NCBI GenBank assembly: GCA_017428635.1
Contig: JAFRQK010000027.1
Location: 6,748-70,747, forward strand
Source: Clostridia bacterium
Lineage (GTDB): Bacteria > Bacillota > Clostridia > Oscillospirales > CAG-272
Length of the DNA: 64,000 bases
Direction: 5' to 3'
A model generated the notes under the pieces. That model had not been told where the DNA came from, ran no database searches, and saw nothing but the letters and a program-made list of their open reading frames with translations. This document shows positions 8,966 through 18,781 of this stretch, one piece after another. Made by a program: the position numbers and the translations under genes. Each line of letters begins with the position of its first letter. The first letter of the stretch is position 1.

Positions 8966-10415
8966 GAACGACAAAAATGAAGATCGCCGTCTTCCCACTT
9001 TGAGGAGACGGCTGATCGTTTATCTTGCGATCCCCGCGGCGATCATCCTCGCAGCCATCTGGCTGACCGAAACGTTTTTTCTCGGCGCGCTTCACCGCTC
9101 GGTCAAAGCGGGGGAGATGAGAAAAGTTGCCGCCGAGATCGTATCGGCGGACGCGGGATCTCTCGACAGCGCGGTCGAAAGTCTCGGGGTGAAATACAAT
9201 CTTTGCATTTCCGTTTACGATATGAAAAACGACGGCGTCGGGATCGCCAGTTGGCACTCGACGGTCAATCCGTTCTGCTTCATCCATGGTTTCGTTTCGG
9301 ACTCCCTCGCGTTCGATATGTATGAAAAGACGGGCGACAAGGGCGAATACACGAATACCGTCAAGATCGGACAGAGTTTCGGCAGAGACGGCGAAGAGGC
9401 GTCCGACGCGGGAGAGAGTATCCTGATGGCGAGAGCGTCCGACGGCGTCCTAGTCGTTCTGAACGCTCACCTGAGTCCGCTTTCGACGACCGTGACGACG
9501 CTCCGCATCATGACGGCGGTCATCAGCGCGGTGATCGCAGCAGGCGTCGCTCTGATCGCGTATTTCCTTCCGAAAAAAGTGTCCGATCCGCTCGTGAAAA
9601 TGCGCGACGGAGCGGGCAGACTCGCCTCGGGCGACTACGACGTCCGATTTGAAAGAGGAAACGCAAAAGAGACGGCGGAACTCGCCGACGCCCTCAATAT
9701 AGCGACGCACGAACTGGCCGAGACGGACCGAATAAGGCGCGATCTGATCGCCAACGTGTCGCACGATCTGCGCACACCGCTGACTCTGATCTCGGGTTAC
9801 GCCGAGGTGATGCGCGATATACCTGGAGAGATGAACTCCGAGAATATGGATATAATCGTCGACGAGGCGAATATGCTCTCGCACCTCGTGAACGATATGC
9901 TCGACGCGTCGAAACTGACGGACGGAGCGGTGAGGATCGAACCGGCGCCGTTCTCGCTCACGGAGGCGCTTTCCGAGACCGTTTCGCGATATTCGAAGCT
10001 GAAAGGAGCGGAGGGCTTCGACATCACTCTCGACGCCGACCGCGACGCCGTCGTCGCCGCCGACCGCGCGAGGATCCTTCAGGTCGTGTTCAACCTTCTC
10101 AACAACGCCGTCAACTACACGGGCGACGACAAAAAGGTCACCGTACGCCAGACGGCGGGCGGCTCCTCCTGCCGCGTGGAGATAACGGATACCGGAGACG
10201 GGATCCCTGAGGAGGATCTGCCGTTTATCTGGGACAGATATTTTAAATCGCGCGAGTTCCACAAGCGAACGAGAGAGGGGACCGGTCTCGGGCTCTCGAT
10301 CGTCAAAAACCTTCTGATGCTCCACGGCGCGCCTTTCGGCGTGATAAGCGAAAAAGGAAAGGGCACCACGTTCTGGTTCGAGCTTCCGCTCGCGGAAAGC
10401 GGGGAACAGTCATGA
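8931..10415 (+). CDS. Sensor histidine kinase (HisKA + HATPase_c)
   Basis: Two TM segments. H-box ANVSHDLRTPLT, N-box NLLNNAVNYT, G-boxes DTGDGI and GTGLGLSIV. Overlaps the end of the response regulator gene. Start is either GTG 8931 or ATG 8952. Confidence 0.85.
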   Translation: MEWGTALMKTHKNDKNEDRRLPTLRRRLIVYLAIPAAIILAAIWLTETFFLGALHRSVKAGEMRKVAAEIVSADAGSLDSAVESLGVKYNLCISVYDMKNDGVGIASWHSTVNPFCFIHGFVSDSLAFDMYEKTGDKGEYTNTVKIGQSFGRDGEEASDAGESILMARASDGVLVVLNAHLSPLSTTVTTLRIMTAVISAVIAAGVALIAYFLPKKVSDPLVKMRDGAGRLASGDYDVRFERGNAKETAELADALNIATHELAETDRIRRDLIANVSHDLRTPLTLISGYAEVMRDIPGEMNSENMDIIVDEANMLSHLVNDMLDASKLTDGAVRIEPAPFSLTEALSETVSRYSKLKGAEGFDITLDADRDAVVAADRARILQVVFNLLNNAVNYTGDDKKVTVRQTAGGSSCRVEITDTGDGIPEEDLPFIWDRYFKSREFHKRTREGTGLGLSIVKNLLMLHGAPFGVISEKGKGTTFWFELPLAESGEQS

Positions 10416-11068
10416 AATACGACGCCGTAATATTCGATATGGACGGAACGGTCCTCGACACGCTCGGAGACCTGACCGCGACGCTGAACCACGCGCTCTC
10501 CGAGTTCGGTTATCCCCCTCGTACCGCGGACGAAACGCGCTCGTTCATCGGCAACGGGGTGAGGATGCTCCTGCGCCGCGGAGCGGGCGAGGAACTCGGC
10601 GAAGAGAAGACAAAACTGATGTATAAGGCGTTTGTCGAATATTATAAAAACCACCTGACGGACAAGACGCGCCCGTACGACGGGATCGCGGATCTGCTGA
10701 GGTCGCTCCGCGCGGCGGGGCTGCGCGTCGCCCTTCTTTCGAACAAGGCGGATTTCGCCGTGACGATCCTTTGCAGAAAGTTCTTCGACGGGCTTTTCGA
10801 CCTGTATTACGGCGAGCGGGAGGGGATCCCGCGCAAGCCCGACCCCGCCGGCGCGATCGCCGTCATGGATGAACTCGGCGTGACGCCCGAGCGGACGCTC
10901 TACGTCGGGGACTCAGGCGTCGATCTCGCCACGGCGCACGCGGCGGATCTCGACTGCGTTCTCGTCGGGTGGGGATATCTCAACTCCGAAGTCGAGCTGA
11001 CGCCCGGCCGCGACAGGACGGCAAAGACCCCGGAAGACGTATTGAAGACAGCGTTAGGAGAAGAGTGA
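10412..11068 (+). CDS. HAD-superfamily phosphatase (phosphoglycolate phosphatase-like)
   Basis: Motif I FDMDGTVLDT, motif II LLSNK, motif IV YVGDSGVDL. 4-nt overlap with the kinase gene. Confidence 0.8.
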   Translation: MKYDAVIFDMDGTVLDTLGDLTATLNHALSEFGYPPRTADETRSFIGNGVRMLLRRGAGEELGEEKTKLMYKAFVEYYKNHLTDKTRPYDGIADLLRSLRAAGLRVALLSNKADFAVTILCRKFFDGLFDLYYGEREGIPRKPDPAGAIAVMDELGVTPERTLYVGDSGVDLATAHAADLDCVLVGWGYLNSEVELTPGRDRTAKTPEDVLKTALGEE

Positions 11069-11069
11069 T

Positions 11070-12629
11070 ATGAAGCACAAAACGGAGATCAGATATCTCC
11101 CGTTCGACGGGAATCTGCTTTGCACGGTCGTGTCGAGACCTGCCGAGGGAGACAAATTCCCTGTGATCCTGTACAGATGTCCGTATGAAAAGGCGACCGT
11201 AGATATGACGGATGAGGAACTCATCCTACGGGTTGAAAACGAATTCTCACGGTTTGTCGACGCGGGTTACGCGTTCTTCTTCCAGCAGTGCCGCGGAGCG
11301 GGCAAGAGCACGGGCGACTGCGTTCCTTTCATATACGAGAGGGAAGAGGGCCTCGCTCTGCAAAAGTACGTCAGGGAAAGCGAACTGTACGGCGGCGAGC
11401 TGTATCTTTTGGGCGGGAGTTATACGTCCCTCGTTCATCTGGTCACCGCGCCGTTCGAGGACGATATAAAAGGAGCGTCGCTCGAGTCGATGGACAGCGA
11501 GCGGTACGGGATGTTCTATCGCAACGGATTTTTCAAGATCAGCCTCGTCGGAAGCTGGCATCCCGGGGTATACAAGCAAAACGCGGGGCTGACGATCGAC
11601 TGGTCGCCCGAGCAGTATCTCAAAAAACCGCTGACGGAATTCACCCGCCGCGTTTACGGGGAGCGGGTCGAGAATTACGACGACGCTCTTGAAAATCCCG
11701 ACAGGTCGGCTCCGTTCTGGTCGACGAAAGAGGGCGGGAGCGACTCGAGGAACGCCGAACGCGACACCCGCGTCCCCATGCTTCTGACCGTCGGAACGTT
11801 CGATACGTTCACCCACGGCGTTCTGAAAACGTGGGAGAATATGACGCCCCGCGCCAGATCGATAAGCGCGCTGATCGTCCACCCGTACCACCACGGCGGC
11901 ACCGCGGAAGAACAGCCGTACTGCTTTGAAAACGGCGAACTTGCTCAGGGCTTTCCGGATTTCGATCTCAGGTGGCTCAACTACACCCGCGGAGTCGGAA
12001 AACCGCCCGTTCCGCCGGGATCGGTCACGTATTACGAGTTATTCGGCGGCGGTTGGACGACTGGCGACGGGCTCTTCCGAGCCGACCGTACCGTCGCGTA
12101 TCCGCTCGGAAAAGGCGAAAAGACGTATACTTACGACCCGGAGAAGCCGACGCGCTTCGAGGGCGGTCTGACGCACAACTTCGGCGGCACGAAGTTCATG
12201 GCGCAACCCGGGAGAGAGGGCGTCGTCACCGTCTTCACCGATCCGCTCCCCGCGGGAGCGCGCGTCGGAGGCGGGATGAAACTGAAACTTCGCGTCGCCT
12301 CGGACTGCGAGGATACGTGCTTTTACGTCAGGGTCGGGATAACGAAAAAAGAGGGAGACTTCTCCCTCCGCGACGATATAGATCAGCTCTCGAACCATTT
12401 TCCGGATTACGTCCCCGGTACGCCCGTCGACCTCGAATTCGATCTCGACCCGATCGCGCTTCAGGTCGGAGAAGGCGAGCGGCTCAGGGTCGATATCGCG
12501 TCGAGCGCGTTTCCGCTCTTCGTCCCGCACACGAACACGCGCGAGCCGTTTTACACCGCCCGTGAGACATGCGTTGCGCACAATACCGTCTTCCTCGACG
12601 TCTGTACGCTCACGGTCGGATTCAACTGA
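11070..12629 (+). CDS. CocE/NonD-family (S15 X-Pro dipeptidyl-peptidase-like) alpha/beta hydrolase
   Basis: 519 aa. N-terminal PVILYRCPY, nucleophile elbow GGSYTSL. Size and C-terminal beta-sandwich are typical of the family. Confidence 0.7.
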   Translation: MKHKTEIRYLPFDGNLLCTVVSRPAEGDKFPVILYRCPYEKATVDMTDEELILRVENEFSRFVDAGYAFFFQQCRGAGKSTGDCVPFIYEREEGLALQKYVRESELYGGELYLLGGSYTSLVHLVTAPFEDDIKGASLESMDSERYGMFYRNGFFKISLVGSWHPGVYKQNAGLTIDWSPEQYLKKPLTEFTRRVYGERVENYDDALENPDRSAPFWSTKEGGSDSRNAERDTRVPMLLTVGTFDTFTHGVLKTWENMTPRARSISALIVHPYHHGGTAEEQPYCFENGELAQGFPDFDLRWLNYTRGVGKPPVPPGSVTYYELFGGGWTTGDGLFRADRTVAYPLGKGEKTYTYDPEKPTRFEGGLTHNFGGTKFMAQPGREGVVTVFTDPLPAGARVGGGMKLKLRVASDCEDTCFYVRVGITKKEGDFSLRDDIDQLSNHFPDYVPGTPVDLEFDLDPIALQVGEGERLRVDIASSAFPLFVPHTNTREPFYTARETCVAHNTVFLDVCTLTVGFN

Positions 12630-12633
12630 AAAA

Positions 12634-12658
12634 AGGAATGGGAAACCATTCCTTTTTT
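12634..12658. terminator. Bidirectional hairpin terminator between convergent genes
   Basis: AGGAATGG-GAAA-CCATTCCT, flanked by an A-run on one side and a T-run on the other. Confidence 0.7.
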
Positions 12659-14114
12659 ATTCGGTCAGGTATCTGGTCAGGATCGTCGCCACCTGCGCTC
12701 TCGTCGCGCCTCCGCGCGGATCGAGGACGACCTGTCCTTTTCCGTTCGTCGTACCCTTCAAAAGACCGCGTCCGACCGCCCACGCGAGCGGCTCGCGCGC
12801 GTATCCGCTGACGTCGCCCTCATCGGGGAACCCGGAAAGATCGCCGGCGGGCGCAACGTCGAGCCCTTTGTATTCCGAATACCTGTAAACTATCGTCGCG
12901 ATCTGTTCTCTCGTCAGCGGATCTCCCGGTGCGAAAACGTTCTCTTCGACGCCCTTTACTATACCGGCCTCCGCCGCCCACGCGACGGCTTTTTTATACC
13001 ATTCCCCGGTAAGATCGCCGAACGGAGGCTCCTCCGTAGGCTCCGGTTCGCCTTCGATACGCCACAGAACGGTGACGATCATAGCGCGGTTCATCCCGCC
13101 GTCGGGCGCGAAGACGCCGCCCGTCATCCCGTTCATCAGCCCGTTTCGGAAAGCGTACTCCACGTAGGGATAATACCATTTGTTTTCAGGCACGTCGCTG
13201 AAAAAATCGGCGAGCGTTATCTTAGGTACGGTGCGCGTTTCGGTGAATCCGCAGACCTGACAGGTGTAAACGGTCTGTCCTTCTTCTTCCCACGTTGCGG
13301 GGACGGTCTCGACGCCGTCGTCGAAAACGTGACCGGCGGGAAGAGTCCTTTTGCCGATCCTGCCGCAGTCGGCGCAGACCCTGACCGCGTATCCGTTCGT
13401 ATAGCATCCCGGCTCGACCGCGACGATCCAGTCGGTCCAAGAGTGGACGGCCTCTCCGTCGCCGGACGTTGAGACGGTGTCGATCGGATTGATCAGGTGA
13501 GAGATGTATCCTCCCCAGTATTTACGGAGCATCAGGTCGAGCGTATCCCAATCGTAACGGTCGAGACTGATGAGACCCGGTCCCGCGTTGTTTGCCTGAA
13601 GCACGTCGATCCCGTCCGTATCGTATCCGAGGATGATGAACGAGTGGCCGGACGATCCGTTGTACTCCCCGTCCGGCGAGGACGTCGTTCTGACGTACGC
13701 TCCGCAGTTGACGCCGCTGTCGCGGAGCAGCTCGTACGTGATCCTGTCGCCGCCCTTCAGCGGAACGGTGGAATGCGAATAGCCGCGATTGCCGTGATAT
13801 GGTACGTCGTCGAACAGATAATAGTAAACGGCGTTCGCGTAAATGTAACACTCGTATCCGATAAGCCCCGCCACCCTGTGAGGAGAACTCGGGTACGTGC
13901 CGATCGACGATCCGATCGGATAAGCTTTATCTTCGTTCTGGAAGAGCTGCGCCGAACCGGAGAACACGCTGTCAAGACGCGCGGCGAGGTATTCGTCGTC
14001 GGTGTAGTCCGAGCCGGAATAGGCAAAGACGGAAGAGGCGAGCGAAACGAAAACAAGAACGGCGCAAATGACGGCCGACGCCGATCGAACGGCGGCGCGC
14101 AGTCCGTTTTTCAC
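12657..14114 (-). CDS. Secreted protein: putative papain-fold Cys/His hydrolase domain + Cys-rich zinc-ribbon-like module + three C-terminal SLH repeats
   Basis: The track ORF (to 14744) is over-extended through the divergent promoter region. GTG at 14114 follows the SD-like AAAGGGGTGA and opens a signal peptide (VKNGLRAAVRSASAVICAVLVFVSLASSVFA). Candidate catalytic contexts are GYECYIYANAVYY (Cys) and GHSFIILGY (His). CxxC pairs (VCADCG, CQVCG). SLH repeats FSDVPENKWYYPYVEYAFRNGLMNG, FGDLTGEWYKKAVAWAAEAGIVKG, ...GYAREPLAWAVGRGLLKG. The enzyme assignment is tentative. Confidence 0.65.
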   Translation of the reverse strand: MKNGLRAAVRSASAVICAVLVFVSLASSVFAYSGSDYTDDEYLAARLDSVFSGSAQLFQNEDKAYPIGSSIGTYPSSPHRVAGLIGYECYIYANAVYYYLFDDVPYHGNRGYSHSTVPLKGGDRITYELLRDSGVNCGAYVRTTSSPDGEYNGSSGHSFIILGYDTDGIDVLQANNAGPGLISLDRYDWDTLDLMLRKYWGGYISHLINPIDTVSTSGDGEAVHSWTDWIVAVEPGCYTNGYAVRVCADCGRIGKRTLPAGHVFDDGVETVPATWEEEGQTVYTCQVCGFTETRTVPKITLADFFSDVPENKWYYPYVEYAFRNGLMNGMTGGVFAPDGGMNRAMIVTVLWRIEGEPEPTEEPPFGDLTGEWYKKAVAWAAEAGIVKGVEENVFAPGDPLTREQIATIVYRYSEYKGLDVAPAGDLSGFPDEGDVSGYAREPLAWAVGRGLLKGTTNGKGQVVLDPRGGATRAQVATILTRYLTE

Positions 14115-14196
14115 GTTCCTCACCCCTTTCGGAATACTCTTTCTAAATAAATATATCAAAAAAAGCACGATTTGTAAAGAAATCGGTCGAAAAGGA

Positions 14197-14226
14197 ATTG
14201 ACAAACGGGGGCGCGCGGGTGTAAAA
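14197..14226 (+). promoter_or_regulatory. Candidate promoter of the abrB-like/ABC operon (TTGACA-18 nt-TAAAAT)
   Basis: -35 at 14197-14202 and -10 at 14221-14226, in the AT-rich gap between divergent genes. Confidence 0.5.
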
Positions 14227-14279
14227 TACAGAAAGTAAGAAAAGTAAGAAAAATCTGACTTTCCGGAAAGGAGAACGAA

Positions 14280-14489
14280 TTGAAAGAAGAAAAAGACGGC
14301 AGATTCATTGTCAGCGTGAAAGTCGGGCCGAAGGGACAGATCACGATCCCCGTCGAGGCGCGGCGGATGTTCGACATCAAAGAAGGCGAAACCATGATAG
14401 TGCTCGGGGATAAAAAAAGAGGTATCGCCCTTCTCAAAACGGACCTGTTTTACGAGATAGGAGGTTTGGGGCAGAATGACGGCGATTAA
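14280..14489 (+). CDS. AbrB/MazE/SpoVT-family small DNA-binding protein
   Basis: 69 aa. TTG start 6 nt after AAGGAG. Swapped-hairpin motif KVGPKGQITIPVEARRMFDIKEGETMIVLGD. Overlaps the start of the ABC ATPase gene. Confidence 0.7.
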   Translation: MKEEKDGRFIVSVKVGPKGQITIPVEARRMFDIKEGETMIVLGDKKRGIALLKTDLFYEIGGLGQNDGD

Positions 14490-15210
14490 GACGGAAGGAC
14501 TTCGCAAGGAATATAAAGACGTGGTCGCGGTCGAGGGACTCGATCTCGAAGTCGGCGAGGGGGAACTGTTCTCTCTGCTCGGCGTCAACGGCGCGGGAAA
14601 GACGACGACGGTCAAAATGCTATCCGGTCTGACGATCCCCACGTCGGGCGACGCCGAGATCTGCGGCTTCTCCGTCGTGAAGGAGCCCGACCGCGTAAAG
14701 GAGTCGATCGACGTCTCGATGCAGGAGACTGCGATCGCGCGCAAACTGACCGTTGAGGAGAATATCGCGTTTTACGCGGCGATGCGCGGTCACGTAAAAG
14801 AACGGATCGAACAGGACAAAGAGTACGTTTACTCCGTGTTCGGCCTCGATTCGGTCGCGAAAAGGTACGCGGGGAAGCTCTCGGGCGGTTGGCAGAGAAA
14901 ACTCTCCGTCGCGCTCGCGCTGATCTCCCGCCCGAAAGTGCTGTTTCTGGACGAGCCGACGCTCGGGCTGGACGTCATCGCCCGCCGGGAGTTGTGGAGC
15001 ACCATCCGCGAACTCAAGGGAAAGATGACGGTCATTCTTACCACTCACTATATGGAGGAGGCGGAGGCGCTCTCCGACCGTATCGGCGTGATGAAGGACG
15101 GCAGGCTTCTGTTCGTCGGCACGCAGGAGGAGATGTACGCGTCGACCGGAAAGGGAAACGTCGAAGACGCGTTCATAGAGATCGTCACGGGAGGTGAGAG
15201 GAATGCGTAA
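14476..15210 (+). CDS. ABC transporter ATP-binding protein
   Basis: Walker A GVNGAGKTT, signature LSGGWQRKL, Walker B VLFLDEPT. Confidence 0.9.
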   Translation: MTAIKTEGLRKEYKDVVAVEGLDLEVGEGELFSLLGVNGAGKTTTVKMLSGLTIPTSGDAEICGFSVVKEPDRVKESIDVSMQETAIARKLTVEENIAFYAAMRGHVKERIEQDKEYVYSVFGLDSVAKRYAGKLSGGWQRKLSVALALISRPKVLFLDEPTLGLDVIARRELWSTIRELKGKMTVILTTHYMEEAEALSDRIGVMKDGRLLFVGTQEEMYASTGKGNVEDAFIEIVTGGERNA

Positions 15211-15958
15211 GTTTTCAAAAACGTTCGCGTTCGCGAAGAGAAATATCAAGGAGATCGTGCGCGATCCGATCTCGCTGATCTTCATGATCTTGCTGCCGCT
15301 CGCTCTCGAGGTACTTTTCTATTTCCTCTTCCACAAGCTCACCGCGCAGTTCGAGATGGTGAATCTCGTGCCCGGCATCGTCGTTTTTTCGCAGTCGTTT
15401 CTGACGCTCTTTACCGGCCTTCTGATCGCGCTCGACAGAGGATCCGCGTTCCTCACGCGTCTTTACGTCAGCGGCGCGCGCTCCTCGGAGTTCATCTTCG
15501 GGTACGCGATCGCGATGGTCCCCGTGACGCTCGTTCAGACCGTCCTGTTCTTTCTGGTAGGCGGGATCATCGACCCCTCTATCGTCGGGGTCGGTATGCT
15601 CAGGTGTATCCCGCTTACGCTTCTGACTTCGCTTCTTTTCATCGGGCTCGGGATCCTCGTCGGCTCGGTTTGCAGTGAAAAATCGGTCGGCGGCGTTTCC
15701 TCTGCGGTCATCACCGCGCAGTCGGTCCTCTCGGGGATGTGGTTCCCCATCGAAGGGCTGAGTTCCGGGATGGTGACCCTGATGAAGTGCCTTCCGTTCA
15801 AGAACGCGACGGACGTGATGCGTCTCGCCCTTTCGGGCGGCGGCGATCCGGTGAAGGACCACCTCGTCCCGATCCTGATCGTCACGGCGTACGTCGTCGC
15901 CTCATTCGTCGGCGCGATCCTCGCGTTCAGAAGTAAAATGAGATCCAAGAACATATAA
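15194..15958 (+). CDS. ABC-2 type exporter permease
   Basis: 254 aa, about six TM helices. Overlaps the ATPase gene. Typical ABC-2 layout. Confidence 0.8.
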   Translation: MRGMRKFSKTFAFAKRNIKEIVRDPISLIFMILLPLALEVLFYFLFHKLTAQFEMVNLVPGIVVFSQSFLTLFTGLLIALDRGSAFLTRLYVSGARSSEFIFGYAIAMVPVTLVQTVLFFLVGGIIDPSIVGVGMLRCIPLTLLTSLLFIGLGILVGSVCSEKSVGGVSSAVITAQSVLSGMWFPIEGLSSGMVTLMKCLPFKNATDVMRLALSGGGDPVKDHLVPILIVTAYVVASFVGAILAFRSKMRSKNI

Positions 15959-15971
15959 GAGGGATAATATA

Positions 15972-18728
15972 ATGAAAAAAGCGTTTTCTTTGTTTCTCGC
16001 GTCCCTGATGCTCTTCGGGGCGGCTCTTCTGGCGCTTCCCGCGGCGGCTGACGGAGGCGGGGAACTGCTCAACGTTTCTCACCCGATAACGACTCTCGGC
16101 AATCCCCTCGCGGTCGTGCGCGAGGTGTCGGACGGGGAAGCGTATGAGGACGCGCTCGCCGCATCGCCTGCCCAGATCCTCGTAGGCGGCGGGATCGCCG
16201 ACTTCGGCGAGTTGTTCTCCGCGTGCCGGGAGGCGGTAACGATCCCCGTTATCAGGGTGACGGAGGCCGCGCAGGTCGACGCGCTGTACGAGGCCTCGGA
16301 AGAGACGGGTTTTTACGATATTACCGTTATATCTTCGGACGCCTCTCTTCTTTCGGCGGCGCGCGCAAAGGCGTCCTACATACGGACCGGGCTCGAGGTC
16401 ACGCTCCCGAACGGGGAGATGACTTCAAAAGAAGCCGAGGCGATAAGACGCGCGACGCGCGGCGCTCCCGCGACTTTCTGCGTCGTCGGGTCGGAATTCG
16501 CGACGGCGCGTAACGTGCGCGAACTTCAGGCGCTCGCCGTCGCCGTATGGGTCGACGTCAAAAACGGCGGAACGGCTGAGATACTCCGCGCGGTCGCGTC
16601 CGGATGCAACGGGATCATAGGCGCAGACGACGGCGCGATCGCCGCTGCGGTAAACGGATACTGCGATCCCGGCACGATCAGCCGCACGCCTCTGTTCATC
16701 GGCCACCGCGGGTATGAGTCGCGCGCGCCGGAGAACTCGCTCGACGCGTTTGAGGAAGCTCTGAAAAACGGCGGGGAGATATTCGAGATCGACGTCCACA
16801 CTACGAAGGACGGCCGCATCGTCGTCGTACACGACGGTACGATCGCATCGACCACGAATTACGACGGCCCGCTCTCCGTTTCGGAGATGACGCTCGAGGA
16901 GATAAGAGAATACAACATAATCAGCTACGTGTACTCGCCCGGCAAATACCGTGTCGGCGAGCTCACCGATCTGAAGATCCCGACGCTCGAGGAAGTTCTC
17001 GAACTGATCGCGCGCTATCCGGGCCGCCGCGTTTTCATCGAACTCAAGGGAAGCGATCCCGCAACGCCCGCAGGCGTTGCGCGTATCGTGAAAGAATACG
17101 GGATGGAGGACCGGGTCGACGTTATCTCGTTCAGCGCGTCACTCCTGACGCAGACTTACGGCGACGGTAATCTGCCGGGAATGGCGACGGGATATCTCGG
17201 CGGAGCGTCGGAAGGCAACGCCGAGACGGAGAACGTACTGAAAGAATTTTTCGGCACTCTGAAAACGGTACAGGGGATCAACAGCACGGTGAATTATTCA
17301 AGCTCCGCGAAAATCGCGTACTCGACCGTCGCGAACGACCGCGGTATGACGGTTTGGCCGTGGACGTTCAACCGGTTCACCAACGATAAGGCGTTCTTCT
17401 CCGGAACGTTCGGGATAACGACGAGCGACGTCGGCTGGGCGAAGGATATGTATCTGTCCGTCTCGGCGGAGAACGTTGAGGTCGGCGTCGGCAAAAAGGT
17501 CGATCCCGGCGTCGCCGCCGAAACTTACGGGGGCGAACGGGTGACGGCGGCTCCGCGCGACGTCACGCTTAAAGTTATCGAAGGCGACTGCGTTTCGTCC
17601 GTGAACGGCAGGCTCATAGGAGAGAAAGCAGGCGAGGCGACGGTCTTATTCTCGGTCAGAACGAAGACGGCGGCGGGAAGCGAATACTCCCTCATCACCG
17701 CTCCCGTAACGGTGACCGTCACGGAAGGCGGCCCCGGAGTTGACAAAAGCGAGCCCGACGACGACGGACCCGAACCCCCGCCCGAGAGAGATGGGCTCGA
17801 TATCCTGATCTCTCACCTCAACGGTTACAGCTGGTTTACAAACGACGGGATGATCATCGTCGATATGGGAGAGACGAAAAATATCAAGTCGATCCCCGAC
17901 GCCGCGGGGGGCATCCCGAAGAGTTACGTTATGTATGAGGTCAGGAAAACGGATGGGAAATACGTCGCGACAGAGTACGTGACCGGAGCCGCGGTGAACG
18001 AGTGGCCGGCTCCCGATCCCGTCGACGGATTTCTCCTGTTCTTTGCGCCGTCGAACAGGTCGTACAAGGACGCCAAAGGCGGAAAACTTCTCGGCTGGGA
18101 ACTCGAACCCTACGACTTTGATCTTTACTCCCCGTTCTCCCGTGATTCGCGGGAGGACCCCGACGACGTCGTGATCCTGAAAGCGTACAGACCCGAACCC
18201 GCCTTCTCCGACGTCAAGCAAGGCGCGTATTACGAAGACCCGGTGACCTGGGCGGTCAACACGGGTATCACCACGGGCACGGGCACCGATACGTTTTCGC
18301 CGAACGTATCGTGTACGCGCGCGCAGGTCGTAACGTTCCTCTGGCGCGCCGCGGGTTCTCCCGAGCCGGAGAGCGCAAACAACCCGTTCTCTGACGTAAA
18401 GGAAAGCGATTATTATTACAAGGCCGTTCTCTGGGCGGTCGAAAACGGCGTGACGGTCGGCACAGCAAAGACTGCGTTCAGCCCGAAAGCCGCGTGCACG
18501 CGCGGCCAGATCGTCACTTTTCTCTGGCGCGCGAACGGCGAGCCGAAGCCGAAGGCGTCGACGCTTGCGTTCGCCGACGTCAGGGACAGCGACTATTTTG
18601 CGACGCCGGTCCTCTGGGCGGTCGGCAAGGGCGTGACGCTCGGCACGGGCGCCGACACGTTCAGCCCCGCCTCCGTCTGCACCAGAGCGCAGATCGTAAC
18701 GTTCCTTTACAGGGATAAGACGAGCTGA
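15972..18728 (+). CDS. Secreted glycerophosphodiester phosphodiesterase (GDPD)-domain protein with Ig-like region and three C-terminal Cys-containing SLH-like repeats
   Basis: Signal peptide. GDPD motif FIGHRGYESRAPENSLDAFEEALKNGGEIFEIDVHTTKDGRIVVVHDGT. C-terminal triple repeat FSDVKQGAYYEDPVTWAVNTGITTGT..FSPNVSCTRAQVVTFLWR, x3. Confidence 0.8.
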   Translation: MKKAFSLFLASLMLFGAALLALPAAADGGGELLNVSHPITTLGNPLAVVREVSDGEAYEDALAASPAQILVGGGIADFGELFSACREAVTIPVIRVTEAAQVDALYEASEETGFYDITVISSDASLLSAARAKASYIRTGLEVTLPNGEMTSKEAEAIRRATRGAPATFCVVGSEFATARNVRELQALAVAVWVDVKNGGTAEILRAVASGCNGIIGADDGAIAAAVNGYCDPGTISRTPLFIGHRGYESRAPENSLDAFEEALKNGGEIFEIDVHTTKDGRIVVVHDGTIASTTNYDGPLSVSEMTLEEIREYNIISYVYSPGKYRVGELTDLKIPTLEEVLELIARYPGRRVFIELKGSDPATPAGVARIVKEYGMEDRVDVISFSASLLTQTYGDGNLPGMATGYLGGASEGNAETENVLKEFFGTLKTVQGINSTVNYSSSAKIAYSTVANDRGMTVWPWTFNRFTNDKAFFSGTFGITTSDVGWAKDMYLSVSAENVEVGVGKKVDPGVAAETYGGERVTAAPRDVTLKVIEGDCVSSVNGRLIGEKAGEATVLFSVRTKTAAGSEYSLITAPVTVTVTEGGPGVDKSEPDDDGPEPPPERDGLDILISHLNGYSWFTNDGMIIVDMGETKNIKSIPDAAGGIPKSYVMYEVRKTDGKYVATEYVTGAAVNEWPAPDPVDGFLLFFAPSNRSYKDAKGGKLLGWELEPYDFDLYSPFSRDSREDPDDVVILKAYRPEPAFSDVKQGAYYEDPVTWAVNTGITTGTGTDTFSPNVSCTRAQVVTFLWRAAGSPEPESANNPFSDVKESDYYYKAVLWAVENGVTVGTAKTAFSPKAACTRGQIVTFLWRANGEPKPKASTLAFADVRDSDYFATPVLWAVGKGVTLGTGADTFSPASVCTRAQIVTFLYRDKTS

Positions 18729-18737
18729 TAAAAAAAT

Positions 18738-18772
18738 AGCCGCCGATGCCTGAAGGCACCGGCGGCTTTTCT
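18738..18772. terminator. Bidirectional terminator between convergent genes
   Basis: AGCCGCCGATGCC-TGAA-GGCACCGGCGGCT, with A-run and T-run flanks. Confidence 0.75.
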
Positions 18773-18781
18773 TATTCGATT

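Noticed and set aside
14115-14744. 5' extension of the 12657 ORF (track start 14744)
   Set aside because: The extension runs through the divergent promoter and the abrB-like gene region and has no protein-like composition. A signal peptide with an SD-like sequence begins at 14114.
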